Notes: a model not told the origin generated them from the letters alone. A stretch of DNA of 64,000 nucleotides from an uncultured Microthrixaceae bacterium (GCA_963777805.1 CAVZRY010000012.1:112704-176703), one strand, 5' to 3'; shown: positions 1 through 10,358, counted from the stretch's first letter. Numbers and translations are program-made.

Positions 1-517
1 CGCCGGCGATCTCGATCTCGCGGACGACATCGGCGTTCTCCTCGGCGAAAGCGAAGCCGACCCAGCCCAGCGAGTCGTCCGAGCCGGAGATGCCCTCGAT
101 GATCACGTTGTCGTTGGGCGAGGAGGTGTAGTCGGGGCGGGTGACCCACTCCTCTTCGGGGAGGCCCTGCTCCTCGGCGATGCCCTCGATCACGAATTCG
201 ACGTAGGTGTCGTAGGTACCGGACTCCTCACCGGGGCCGGTGATGGTCAGGGGGGCGTCGGGCAGGTCCGCGGCGTAGGCGGAACCGACCGTCGTGGCCA
301 GGTCCGTGGCGTCGGACCAGTTGGCGAAGCCGGTGGACTCCGGCCCGGTCAGGGCGTAGAGCGCCGGGATGTCCAGGCAGGCGGGGACGGCCGATTCGCC
401 GCCGCCGTCGTCGGTACCGCCGTCGCTGGACTCACTGTCGTCACCACACGCCGCGGCGAGCAGCGACAGCGCGGCCAGCAGGCCAAGAAGCCACCGAAGG
501 CGGCTGTTGCGCAACAT
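1..517 (-). CDS. pstS: PstS-family phosphate ABC transporter substrate-binding lipoprotein (runs off the window edge)
   Basis: Manual translation MLRNSRLRWLLGLLAALSLLAAAC (lipobox)...GPGEESGTYDTY...NDNVIIEGI...LGWVGFAFAEEN; AGGAGGA Shine-Dalgarno upstream; PHO box upstream. Confidence 0.75.
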   Translation of the reverse strand, partial: MLRNSRLRWLLGLLAALSLLAAACGDDSESSDGGTDDGGGESAVPACLDIPALYALTGPESTGFANWSDATDLATTVGSAYAADLPDAPLTITGPGEESGTYDTYVEFVIEGIAEEQGLPEEEWVTRPDYTSSPNDNVIIEGISGSDDSLGWVGFAFAEENADVVREIEIAG

Positions 518-609
518 GGAATACGTGTCCTCCTGAGGAAGGGCGCGGTGCCCTCGGTCTCTGTCGGAGGTGAAGGTAGAGAGGCCTCTTGACCGGCGCC
601 CGGCGGGTG

Positions 610-627
610 GGTGAACGAGAGGTGAAC
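610..627 (-). promoter_or_regulatory. PHO box (two GTTCACC direct repeats, 11-nt period) upstream of pstS
   Basis: Plus strand GGTGAAC at 610-616 and 621-627 reads GTTCACC-N4-GTTCACC on the pstS strand, matching the actinobacterial PhoP repeat unit. Confidence 0.8.
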
Positions 628-653
628 GACGCCCGAAGACGTGGGGCGGACCC

Positions 654-1541
654 TCAGCCCGGCGTCCGGTCGACCGCCGAGTCGGTCAAGGCCGCCGCAG
701 CGGGAGACAGGACCCCGTCGCGATGCACGAGCCCAACCGTGCGGGACACCGAGGGGCGCAACGGGAGGACCTGGACCCAGCGCGACGCCGTGGCCTCGGC
801 GACGGCCCGGGGGAGCACGGCGGCGCCGGCGCCGGCCTGCACGAGCGGGACGATGGTGTCCCGGTGGTCGGTCTCGATGACCGGGTCCAGGCGCTCGCCG
901 ATGGCCGCCAGGGCGACGGCGAGCTGCTCGTGGGTCGAAGCGCCCGCCGGGGCGGTGATGAGCGGCAGTTCGGCCAGCCGCGCCAGGGGTACCGCCCCCC
1001 GGCGGGCGAGCGATGAGGCGTGGCCGGGCGACAGCACCGCCAGGAGCTCCTGCTCCTCGAGGGGGTGCGCGACCAGACCGTCCCCCGTGGGCGGCAGGGC
1101 ACAGAACCCGATCTCGCTGCGGCCCTGCCGCACGAGGTCCTCGACCGTCGTGCCCTCGTCGGGCTCACGGAGGCGGACGGTGATGGCCGGGTGCCGGCGC
1201 CGGAACGCCCCCACGATCGGTGCCGCGATGTCCGCTGCGAGGCTGGGGATGCAGGCGATGTCGAGGTGCCCGGCGTCGAGGCCGACCACCGACCTCACGG
1301 CCGCCCGTGCCGCCTCCCGATCGTGGAGCGCCTGGCGGGCAGGACCGAGGAAGGCCTCACCCGCACTGGTCACCAGCACCCCCGTAGCCCGTCGATCGAA
1401 CAGCTGGACGCCGAGCTCCCGCTCCACCCCTCGCACCGCCTGGGACACGGCGGGTTGGGAGTGTCCGAGGACCTCGGCGGCCGCGGTGAAGCTGCCGGCG
1501 TCGGCGACCGCGACCACCGCGGCGAGCTGTCCGAACTCCAT
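654..1541 (-). CDS. LysR-family transcriptional regulator
   Basis: N-terminal HTH GSFTAAAEVLGHSQPAVSQAVRGVERELGVQLFDR; 295 aa; divergent from tauE. Confidence 0.95.
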   Translation of the reverse strand: MEFGQLAAVVAVADAGSFTAAAEVLGHSQPAVSQAVRGVERELGVQLFDRRATGVLVTSAGEAFLGPARQALHDREAARAAVRSVVGLDAGHLDIACIPSLAADIAAPIVGAFRRRHPAITVRLREPDEGTTVEDLVRQGRSEIGFCALPPTGDGLVAHPLEEQELLAVLSPGHASSLARRGAVPLARLAELPLITAPAGASTHEQLAVALAAIGERLDPVIETDHRDTIVPLVQAGAGAAVLPRAVAEATASRWVQVLPLRPSVSRTVGLVHRDGVLSPAAAALTDSAVDRTPG

Positions 1542-1581
1542 AGGTTCAGCTTATGACTTCTAGAAGTACTACCCCGCTCCG

Positions 1582-2376
1582 ATGATGCCGAGCGGTGGCG
1601 AGGATGGGTTCGTGCCCGACCCGCAGGAGATCGCCATCGTGGGTCTCGCCGTCGGCGTCGTCTACGGCCTGTTCGGCGTGGGCTCGGCGTTCGCCACACC
1701 TCTGCTCGCCGCGATCGGGGTGCCGGGCCTCGCCGCGGTCGTCGCTCCCCTCCCCGCCCTCCTGCCCGGCTCAGCCGCGGGCGCCTGGACCTACGCCCGC
1801 AAGGGCCGCGTCGACACCGCAATGGCCCGACGAGCCGTCGCCGGTGGCGCACCGGCTGCCGTCGTCGGCTCCCTGCTCAGTCCACACATCGGCGGGACGG
1901 CCCTCGTCCTGGCCTCGGGCCTGGTCCTGCTGGTCGTGGGGGCGCGGATCCTCCGCCCCCGTGCCGTCGGTGACGACCATGCCCTCCGACGCGCAGGTAG
2001 ACGACACAACGCCGGGCTGGTCATCGGCGTCGCCGCGGCTGTCGGGTTCACCGCCGGCCTGCTGGCCAACGGGGGCGGTTTCCTCCTCGTGCCGTTGTTC
2101 ATCGTCTTCTTCGGTCTGGCGGTGCCGGAGGCGACCGGGACCAGCCTGGCGGTCGCTCTCGCCCTGACGCTGCCCACCTTCGTCACCCACCTGGCCATGG
2201 GTGACGTCGCCTGGTCCGTCACCTTGCCGTTCGGTGTCGGCATGGTCCCCGGCACCGTCGCCGGCTCCCGTCTGGCCACCCGCCTGCCCGCCGACCGGCT
2301 CCGAGCACCCCTCGGGCTCCTCCTCGTGGCCTTCGCAGCCTGGTTCCTGACCCGGGAGCTCGGCCTGGTCGGCTGA
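1582..2376 (+). CDS. TauE/SafE-family (sulfite exporter-like) membrane protein
   Basis: About 8 TM segments; GLFGVGSAF and GLLANGGGFLLVP repeat motifs; ATGTSL. Confidence 0.85.
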   Translation: MMPSGGEDGFVPDPQEIAIVGLAVGVVYGLFGVGSAFATPLLAAIGVPGLAAVVAPLPALLPGSAAGAWTYARKGRVDTAMARRAVAGGAPAAVVGSLLSPHIGGTALVLASGLVLLVVGARILRPRAVGDDHALRRAGRRHNAGLVIGVAAAVGFTAGLLANGGGFLLVPLFIVFFGLAVPEATGTSLAVALALTLPTFVTHLAMGDVAWSVTLPFGVGMVPGTVAGSRLATRLPADRLRAPLGLLLVAFAAWFLTRELGLVG

Positions 2377-2382
2377 CGATCG

Positions 2383-3030
2383 TCAGACCGACACGCCGAG
2401 CTCGGCCAGGAGGCCCCGCACCCGCTGCTCGATCTCGTCCCGGATGGGGCGGACGGCCTCGACGCCCAGCCCGTTCGGGTCCTCGAGAGCCCAGTCCTCG
2501 TAGCGCTTGCCGGGGAAGATCGGGCAGGCGTCGCCACAGCCCATCGTCACGACGACATCGGCGGCTTGGACGATCTCGTCAGTCCAGGGCTTGGAGTACT
2601 CCTTGGCGATGTCGATGCCGACCTCGGCCATCGCCGCCACCGCCGCCGGGTTGATCTCGCCGACGGGCTCGGAGCCGCCGCTCCAGGCGAGGGCCCGGTC
2701 CCCGGCCAGGTGGTTGAACCAGCCGAGCGCGATCTGGGAGCGGCCGGCGTTGTGCACGCAGAGGAACAACACGACCGGAACCCCGTCGGTTGCCTTGCCC
2801 TCGACCTTGGCCAGGGCGTGCAGGCGCTGCCGGGCGAAGCGCTCCGCCAACAGGGGCAGGAAGTTCGGGAAGTTCGCCCGGTTGGCGAACTGGTCGTAGC
2901 TCGTGGCCAGGAAGAGCTCGATGGTCTCCTCGCCGAACACCCCGTCGAACTCGTCACGGAGGTGACGGGCCGCCGTCTTCATGGCCAGGGTCTGGTCGGT
3001 GGTCAGGGTGGGCGTGGTCTGATCGGTCAC
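2383..3030 (-). CDS. arsC: Arsenate reductase (LMW-PTP fold) with N-terminal helical extension
   Basis: P-loop CVHNAGRS, TMGCGDACP, DWALEDP; start taken at GTG 3030. Confidence 0.9.
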   Translation of the reverse strand: MTDQTTPTLTTDQTLAMKTAARHLRDEFDGVFGEETIELFLATSYDQFANRANFPNFLPLLAERFARQRLHALAKVEGKATDGVPVVLFLCVHNAGRSQIALGWFNHLAGDRALAWSGGSEPVGEINPAAVAAMAEVGIDIAKEYSKPWTDEIVQAADVVVTMGCGDACPIFPGKRYEDWALEDPNGLGVEAVRPIRDEIEQRVRGLLAELGVSV

Positions 3031-3046
3031 GGCTCGTGCTCCTGGT

Positions 3047-3100
3047 ACATTCGCGAATGTCGATTGATCCACCCTCGCGAATGTATCGACGGGTGTCAAT
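3047..3100. promoter_or_regulatory. Putative ArsR operator region between divergent arsC and arsR
   Basis: Perfect palindrome ACATTCGCGAATGT at 3047-3060; inverted repeat ATCGAC-N4-GTCAAT at 3085-3100. Confidence 0.65.
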
Positions 3101-3119
3101 AGACGGACAGGAGCACGAG

Positions 3120-3461
3120 ATGGCCACCCCACAGGTCCCGGTCCTCGACCTCGGCGAGTGCTGCCCGACGGTCATGGGCGCTCCCCTCGAGGAGGACGAG
3201 GCCCAACTGCTGGCCCACGCGTTCGCCGCGCTGGCCGATCCCGTGCGCCTCCGCCTGCTGAGCATGATCGCGGGCGCCGACGAGGTCTGCTCCTGTGACC
3301 TACAGGAGCCCTTGGGCAAGTCCCAGCCCACGGTGAGCCACCACACCAAGACCCTGGCCGAAGCCGGCCTGATCGTGGGCGAGAAGCGGGGCCGGTGGGT
3401 CTACTGGCGGATCGTGCCCGAGCGCCTCGCCGACCTCCGGTCCGCCCTCGCCCCGAGTTGA
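3120..3461 (+). CDS. arsR: ArsR/SmtB-family As(III)-responsive repressor
   Basis: ALADPVRLRLL...EVCSCDL...SQPTVSHH; N-terminal ECC pair; AGGAG Shine-Dalgarno. Confidence 0.92.
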   Translation: MATPQVPVLDLGECCPTVMGAPLEEDEAQLLAHAFAALADPVRLRLLSMIAGADEVCSCDLQEPLGKSQPTVSHHTKTLAEAGLIVGEKRGRWVYWRIVPERLADLRSALAPS

Positions 3462-3482
3462 CCCGCCCACCCGAAGAAACAC

Positions 3483-3536
3483 ATTGACAATCGTCGATCG
3501 ATTGGTAGAGTGACCTACCAATCGATGACCATCGAT
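3483..3536 (+). promoter_or_regulatory. Promoter and ArsR operators upstream of arsI-acr3
   Basis: TTGACA -35 at 3484-3489 and TAGAGT -10; ATTGAC-N4-GTCGAT (3483-3498) and ATCGAT-N4-ATCGAT (3521-3536), same spacing as the 3085-3100 site. Confidence 0.75.
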
Positions 3537-3559
3537 TGATCACCGACAGGGAGGAACCC

Positions 3560-4012
3560 ATGTCCCGACTCCAGCTCGCCCTCAACGTCAGCGACCTCGA
3601 CCAGGCCGTCGACTTCTACTCGAAGCTGTTCGGCACCGAGCCGGCCAAGCGCAAGCCCGGCTACGCCAACTTCGCCATCGCCGACCCGCCGCTCAAGCTC
3701 GTCCTCTTCGAGGGCCCCGAGGGCGGCACCCTCAACCACCTCGGCGTCGAGACCGAGTCCGCCGGTGAGGTCGAGGCCGCCGAGGCCCGCCTGAGCGACA
3801 CGGGCCTCGAGACCACCGGGATCGACGACACCATCTGCTGCTACGCCACCAAGGTCGAGACCTGGCTGACCGACCCCGACGGCGCCCGCTGGGAGTGGTA
3901 CGTGAAGACCGGCGACTCCGACCAGCTCACCAACGAGATCGTCGGTGAGGGCGAGACGGCCGTGTGCTGTGCCGCCGACACGCCTGAGCCCGTCGCCCTC
4001 GCAGACCGCTGA
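3560..4012 (+). CDS. arsI: ArsI/CadI-family VOC (glyoxalase-fold) protein, probable organoarsenical C-As lyase
   Basis: MSRLQLALNVSDLDQAVDFYSKLFG...LNHLG...TICCYA..KVETWLTDPDG..WEWY; vicinal Cys pair; ars context. Confidence 0.85.
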   Translation: MSRLQLALNVSDLDQAVDFYSKLFGTEPAKRKPGYANFAIADPPLKLVLFEGPEGGTLNHLGVETESAGEVEAAEARLSDTGLETTGIDDTICCYATKVETWLTDPDGARWEWYVKTGDSDQLTNEIVGEGETAVCCAADTPEPVALADR

Positions 4013-5116
4013 CCACCACCCCACCGGCCGCCGAGACCGATTCGGTCACGGCCAAGCTCTCGACGCTGGACCGGTACCTGCCGGTGTGGATCGGCTTGGC
4101 CATGGCCGGCGGGCTGCTGCTCGGCCGGCTGATCCCGGACCTGAACGACACCCTCGAGCGGATCAAGGTCGACACCGTCTCGCTGCCGATCGCCCTCGGG
4201 CTGCTGGCGATGATGTACCCGGTCCTGGCCAAGGTCCGCTACACGCACCTCGGCGACGAGCTCGCCGACCGACGCACCCTGGTCCTGTCACTGGTCTTGA
4301 ACTGGGTGGTCGGGCCGCTGCTCATGTTCACCCTGGCCTGGGTGTTCCTGGCCGACCTGCCCGAGCTGCGGACCGGGCTGATCATCGTCGGCCTCGCCCG
4401 CTGCATCGCCATGGTCCTCATCTGGAACGACCTGGCCTGCGGCAGCCGGGAGCTGGCCGCCGGTCCTGGTGGCGATCAACTCCCTGTTCCAGATCGTCAT
4501 GTACTCGGTGCTCGGCTGGTTCTACCTGACCGTGCTCCCCGACTGGCTCGGCCTCGACACCGCCGACCTCGACGTGTCGATGTGGGAGATCGCCAAGTCG
4601 GTGCTCATCTTCCTGGGCATCCCGCTCGCTGGCCGGGTTCCTCACCCGCACCATCGGCGAGGCCCGCAAGGGCACCGAGTGGTACGAGAACACCTTCCTG
4701 CCCCGGATCGGCCCGGTCGCCCTCTACGGGCTGCTGTTCACCATCGTCGTGCTCTTCGCCCTCCAGGGCGAGCAGATCACCGACAACCCCCTCGACGTCG
4801 CCCGCGTCGCCGTCCCGCTGCTCGTCTACTTCGCGCTCATGTGGGGCGGCGTCGTTCGTGACCGGCTACCGGCTCGGCTTCCCCTACGACCGCAACGCCT
4901 CGGTGGCGTTCACCGCGGCCGGGCAACAACTTCGAGCTGGCCATCGCCGTGTCCATCGCCGTGTTCGGCGTCACCTCGGGCCAGGCCCTCGCCGGCACCA
5001 TCGGGCCGCTCATCGAGGTCCCCGCCCTCGTCGCCCTCGTCTACGTGTCGCTCTGGGCGAAGCGCCGCTTCTACCCCACCGGGCCGACATCGCCCGAGCC
5101 GTCGACCTGGACCTGA
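4009..5116 (+). CDS. acr3: Acr3 arsenite efflux transporter (frameshifted in this assembly)
   Basis: [55 protein letters not shown] found across shifting frames. Confidence 0.9.
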
Positions 5117-5135
5117 CCGCTAGGAGCACCACCGC

Positions 5136-6330
5136 ATGTCCTCACCCATCGTCATCCTCGCCGGCGCCCGCACCCCGATCGGCAAGCTCTCGGGCTCGCT
5201 CGTCGTCGTTCTCGGCCACCGAGCTCGGCGGGTTCGCCATCGCACGCCGCCCTCGAGCGCGCCGGGCTGACCGGCGACGCAGATCGACTACGACGTACAT
5301 GGGCCACGTGCTCCAGGCCGGCGCCGGGCAGATCACCGCCCGCCAGGCCGCGGTCAACGGCGGCATCCCGATGACGTGCCGGCCACGACGGTCAACAAGG
5401 TGTGCCTGTCGGGCATGGACGCCATCTACCAGGCCGACCGACGCATCCGGCGCGGCGACGCCGAGATCGTGGTCGCCGGCGGCATGGAGTCCATGACCAA
5501 CGCCCCCCACCTGCTCCCCGGCGCCCGGGCCGGCTACCGCATCGGCGACGGCGCGCATCGTCGACTCGATGATGTACGACGGCCTCTACTGCGCGTTCGA
5601 CCAGTGCGCCATGGGCGAGGGCACCGAGAAGTACGCCCAGGCCCACGGCCTCGAACGCGAGCACATGGACGCCATGGCCGCCGAGTCCCACCGCCGCGCC
5701 GACGCCGCGCAACAGAGCCGGCGTGTTCGACGACGAGATCGTCGCCGGTGACCGTCCCCCAGCGCCGGGGCGACGCCCTCGTCGTCGCCCACGACGAAGG
5801 CGTCCGCGGCGAGACCACCATCGAGTCGCTCGCCGGACTGCGACCCGCGTTCGACAAGGCCGGCCACATCACCGCCGGCAACGCCAGCCAGATCAGCGAC
5901 GGCGCCTCGGCCACGGTCATCACCACCGCCGAGGTCGCCGAGCGCCTCGGCGTCACGCCCGCTCGCCGAGATCATCGGCTACGGCCAGGTCGCCGGCCCC
6001 GACGCCTCCCTGCTCCACCAGCCGTCCCGCGCCATCAAGGCCGCGCTCGACCGCGCCGGCCTGACCGTCGGCGACGTCGACCTGTTCGAGATCAACGAGG
6101 CCTTCGCCGCGGTCGGCGTCGCCTCCGCCGACGACCTGGGCGTCTCCATGGACATCGTCAACGTCAACGGCGGCGCCATCGCCATCGGCCACCCCCTCGG
6201 CATGTCCGGCAACCGCATCACCCTCCACCTCGCCCTCGAGCTCGCCCGCCGCGGCGGCGGCACCGGCGCCGCCGCCCTGTGCGGCGGCGGCGGCCAGGGC
6301 GACGCCATCGTCATCCGCACCCTGACCTGA
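5136..6330 (+). CDS. Acetyl-CoA C-acyltransferase (thiolase), frameshifted
   Basis: [55 protein letters not shown]. Confidence 0.92.
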
Positions 6331-6337
6331 GCGACCG

Positions 6338-7558
6338 TCAGGGGCTGACCGACACGCCTCTGCTGGCGGCCCAGGCCGAGGTCAGCGCCATGCGCTCGGC
6401 GGCCGGCGGGTGGCTGGCCTGGAGGCGCTTCACCAGCCCTGGCTCGAGGTCGGCCAGGTTCTTGGTGTGCAGGCCCCGCTGCATGTCCAGCATGGTCTGG
6501 GGCTGCTCCAGGAGGTCGAGGGCCTCGATGTCGGCCTGCCGCTCGAAGGCCCGCGACACCCACGCGGTGAGCAGGCCGAGCAGGCCGAAGCCGATCTGCG
6601 CGGCCAGGACCAGCAGGGGCAGGGCCGTGGGCTGGCCCACGTACGGGATGTCGCCCGACGGTCGTGACCCCGGCCTGCTCGAAGATCCAGGTCCACTCGC
6701 TGAACAGCTTCAGGCCCCCGAACAGGGCGAGGAGCAGCAGGGCGATGACCGGCAGCTGCTTGCGGAGGTGCTTGAGGCGCCAGTGGCCGATCTCGTGGGC
6801 CACCACCTGCTCGACCACCTCGGGCGGGTGTTCGAGCAGCGTGTCGAAGAGGACCACCCGACGGGTCGCCCCCAGCCCGGCGACGTAGGCGTTGTCCCGT
6901 CGGGAGCGCTTGCTCTCGTCGGCGACGTAGGTCCCGGAGATCTGCACGCCCGCGATGTCGGCGATCTTGTCGATGCGCCCGTTCATGTCCTCGTCCTCGA
7001 GGGGGGTGAACGTGTTGAAGATCGGGGCGATGACGCACCGGGTAGAGGAAGCCCAGGCCGATGGTGAAGGTGACCATCACCAGCCAACCCCAGAGCCACC
7101 ACGTCGGCGTCGTCCGGATCACCGCGATACAGCGGGAGCAGGAGCACGACGTTGACGATCAGGCCCAGCACCAGGCCCTTGGCCAGGTCGCTGACGAAGC
7201 CCCGCTCGGTCTGGGTGGACAGCTCCCACTCCCGGTCGTGCCGCAGCTCGAGCCAGGCGTCGAACGGGGTCGAGATCACCGCGCTGACCAGCTCGAGGAA
7301 CAGCACGATCACGATCAGCTGCAGCACCCAGTTGGTGATGTCGAGGGCGTCGACCAGCTTCGGGGCGACCTCGGCGAAGACGATGACCAGCAGGGCGACG
7401 GTCGAGATGGCCATCCGCACGAGCCGGGCCCGGCCCACCGGCTTGCGGTAGCGACGGGCCCGGTCCAGCTCGTCGGGCGAGAACCAGTCGTCGGGCGTGT
7501 TGGGGACGCGCCACCACAGGGACGGCAGGCGTGGGCTCGGGGTGGAGGAGGAGGTCAC
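6338..7558 (-). CDS. M48 (Ste24/HtpX-type) membrane zinc metallopeptidase, frameshifted
   Basis: NAYVAGLGATRRVVLFDTLL, AHEIGH, SRAFERQAD, SHPPAAER. Confidence 0.9.
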
Positions 7559-7565
7559 GGTCGGC

Positions 7566-7975
7566 TCAGCTTGGCTCAGGTGCTCGTCGAGGGCGCGGAT
7601 CACCTCGGCGTCGGACGGGCGGGTGACCCGACGCCGGGCCGCCTCGGGCGACAGCCACACCACCTCGTCCACCTCGTCGTTGGCCACGAACTCGCCCTGC
7701 GGTTCGGCCATCTCGAACCACCTGACCTCCTTGGCCCGGTCCTTGCGGTCGACGTAGGTGGTCGTCGCCAGCCGGGGACCGAGCGCGCCGGTGCACCCGG
7801 TCTCCTCCTCGACCTCCCGTACGGCACCGTCCTCCCAGGACTCACCCGGATCCAACTTGCCCTTGGGCAGCGACCAGTCGTCATAGCGCGGGCGGTGCAC
7901 CAGGAGCACCTCGATGCCGTCAGCGGCGGCCCGCCAGACGGCGCAACCGGCGGCCCGGACCTGCGGATCCGTCAC
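7566..7975 (-). CDS. NUDIX hydrolase (MutT1-like N-terminal domain)
   Basis: VHRPRYDDWSLPKGKLDPGESWEDGAVREVEEETG Nudix box; start overlaps the ppk1 stop; 3' end uncertain. Confidence 0.88.
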
Positions 7976-10030
7976 GAACGGGCGCGGTGCAGTTCTTGGA
8001 GGCGGAGGTGGGTGTCCACCCGGCCGGTGCCGGGCGGCGGGGACCACTCCCCCTCCGGGCCGAGGGTCCACGCCAGCGTGTCGTCGGCCAGGTTGACCTG
8101 CAGGACCTCCATCAGGCGCTGCTGCAGGGACGGGGTGTCGATGGGCGCCAGCGCCTCGACGCGACGGTCGAGGTTGCGGGGCATCCAGTCCGCCGGAGCC
8201 GATGTACCAGGCCGCTTCGCCGGGGCCGTGCCCGTTGGCGAAGCAGAAGATGCGGGAGTGCTCGAGGTAGCGCCCCACGATCGACCGCACCCGGATGCGC
8301 TCGGACAGCCCGGCGACGCCGGGGCGCAGGCAGCAGATGCCCCGGATGACCAGGTCGATCTCGACGCCGGCCGCCGACGCCTCGTAGAGGTCCTCGATGA
8401 TCGCCGGGTCCACCAGGGAGTTCATCTTGGCCAGGATCCGGCCCCGGCCCGGGCCGGCCTCGATCTCCTGGCGGATCAGGCGGCGGATGCCGCTGCGCAG
8501 CGAGTCGGGGGCCACCAGCATCCGCTGGTAGTTGATGTCCCGGGCGTAGCCGGTCAGGTAGTTGAACAGGTGGGTGAGGTCGGCGCCGATCTCGGGATCG
8601 GCGGTCAGCAGCCCGCAGTCCTCGTAGATGCGGGCGGTGCGGCTGTTGTAGTTGCCCGTCCCGACGTGGCAGTAGCGGACCATCCCGCCGTTCTCCTCGC
8701 GGACCACGAGGGTGGTCTTGGTGTGGACCTTCAAGCCGAGCAGCCCGTAGGCGACGTGCACCCCGGCCTTCTCCAGGCGTCGGGCCCAGCCCACGTTGGC
8801 CTGCTCGTCGAAGCGGGCCTTCAGCTCCACCAGCGCCGCCACCTGCTTCCCGGACTCCGCCGCCCGGATGAGCGAGTCGACGATGGGGCTGTCGCCGTCG
8901 GTGCGGTAGAGCGTGAGCTTGATGGCCCGCACCTTGGGATCGTCGGCCGCTTGGCCGATGAACTCCTCGACGGTGCTGGCAAAGGAGTCGTACGGGTGGT
9001 GCAGGAGCAGGTCGCCTTGGCGCAGGACCCGGAACATGCGCACCGGACCGTCGTCGCTGGCGAGGCGGGGCGGCACCACACCCGACCAGGCCTCGTCCTT
9101 GAGGTCGGGCCGGTCGAGGCTCATCAGTGACCACAGGCCGCTCAGGTCCAGTGGACCGGTGACCACGTAGACGTCCTCGTCGTCGAGGTCGAGCTCCCGC
9201 TGGAGGAGCTCGCGGACCTCGTCGGTCACCGTCGTCTCCAGCTCGAGGCGCACGGCCTTGCCGAACCGGCGGCGGCGCAGCTCGACCTCGACCGCGGCGA
9301 GGAGGTCGTCGGCCTCCTCGTCCTCGAGGGTCAGGTCGGCGTTGCGGGTGACCCGGAACGGATGGTGCTCGACCACCTCCATGCCCGGGAAGAGCGTGTC
9401 CAGGTGGGCGGCGATGACCTGCTCGAGCGGCACGAAGCGCTCACCGTCGGGCATGACCACGAAGCGGGGCAGCAGGGGCGGGACCTTGACCCGGGCGAAG
9501 CGGCGCAGACCCGACTCGGGGTCGTGGACCACGACGGCGAGGTTGAGCGAGAGGTCCGAGATGTAGGGGAAGGGGTGCCCGGGGTCCACCGCGAGCGGGG
9601 TGAGGACCGGGAAGATCCGTTCGTCGAACTGGGTCCCCAGGTACTCGAGATCGTCATCGTCGAGCTCGGCCCAGGAGGAGAAGCGGATCCCGGCGTCGGC
9701 GAGGGTCGGCACGATGTCGTCGAGGAAGACCTGCTCGGCCCGGGTCAGGAGCTTGCCGACGCGATCGCGGATCTCGTCGAGCTGCTGACCTGGGGTGCGC
9801 CCGTCCGGGGTGCGCTTGGTGACCGAGCCCGCCACCTGGTCCTTCAGGCCGGCCACCCGGACCTGGAAGAACTCGTCCAGGTTCTGGGAGAAGATGGCGA
9901 GGAACTTCGACCGCTCCAGGAGCGGGACCGCAGCGTCCTCGGCCATGTGCAGGACGCGGGTGTCGAAGTCGATCCAGGAGAGCTCCCGGTTCAGGAAGCG
10001 ATCAGCGCCGTTCTCCTCCACGCCCGCCAT
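7972..10030 (-). CDS. ppk1: Polyphosphate kinase 1 (one frameshift near 8190)
   Basis: FLNRELSWIDF, NLDEFFQVRVAG, HPFPYIS, HHPYDSF, ELKARFDE, KVHTK, GRYLEHSR, MPRNLDRRVE. Confidence 0.97.
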
Positions 10031-10056
10031 GGTACGGGTGGGTCAAGTCGGCAGGA

Positions 10057-10358
10057 CTAGGAGGGCCGGGCTCCGAGGTCGTTGTCCTCGTCCTCGTCGT
10101 AGCCGAGGTCCCAGTCGATCAGCAGGAGCTCGCGCTCCGCGTCGCGGTTGACCCGCTCCCGGTTGCGGCGGAACTGCGGGTCGTGCGGGGGCAGGAGCAC
10201 CAGGCGGGCGTTGACCCGGTCCCGGAAGGCGTCGATGACGGCCCGGTCGCCGAAGTCCGAGCGGATCTCCCAGTGGGGCGCGACAGGCCCGAGGTAGACG
10301 ATCTTGACCGCGCCCGGGGCGGCTCGGTCTCGAGGGAGGGTTCCACGACGTTCGACAT
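10057..10358 (-). CDS. Small hypothetical protein (one frameshift)
   Basis: Reconstructed ...VKIVYLGPVAPHWEIRSDFGDRAVIDAFRDRVNARLVLLPPHDPQFRRNRERVNRDAERELLLIDWDLG; strong GC3 bias. Confidence 0.65.

Noticed and set aside
6983-10030. 1015-aa Ppk1-NUDIX-M48 fusion ORF
   Set aside because: The true Ppk1 C-terminus is in another frame and stops at 7972. The NUDIX-M48 junction has a TGA one frame away at 7566, so a single indel explains it. Read polishing would settle the NUDIX-M48 join.
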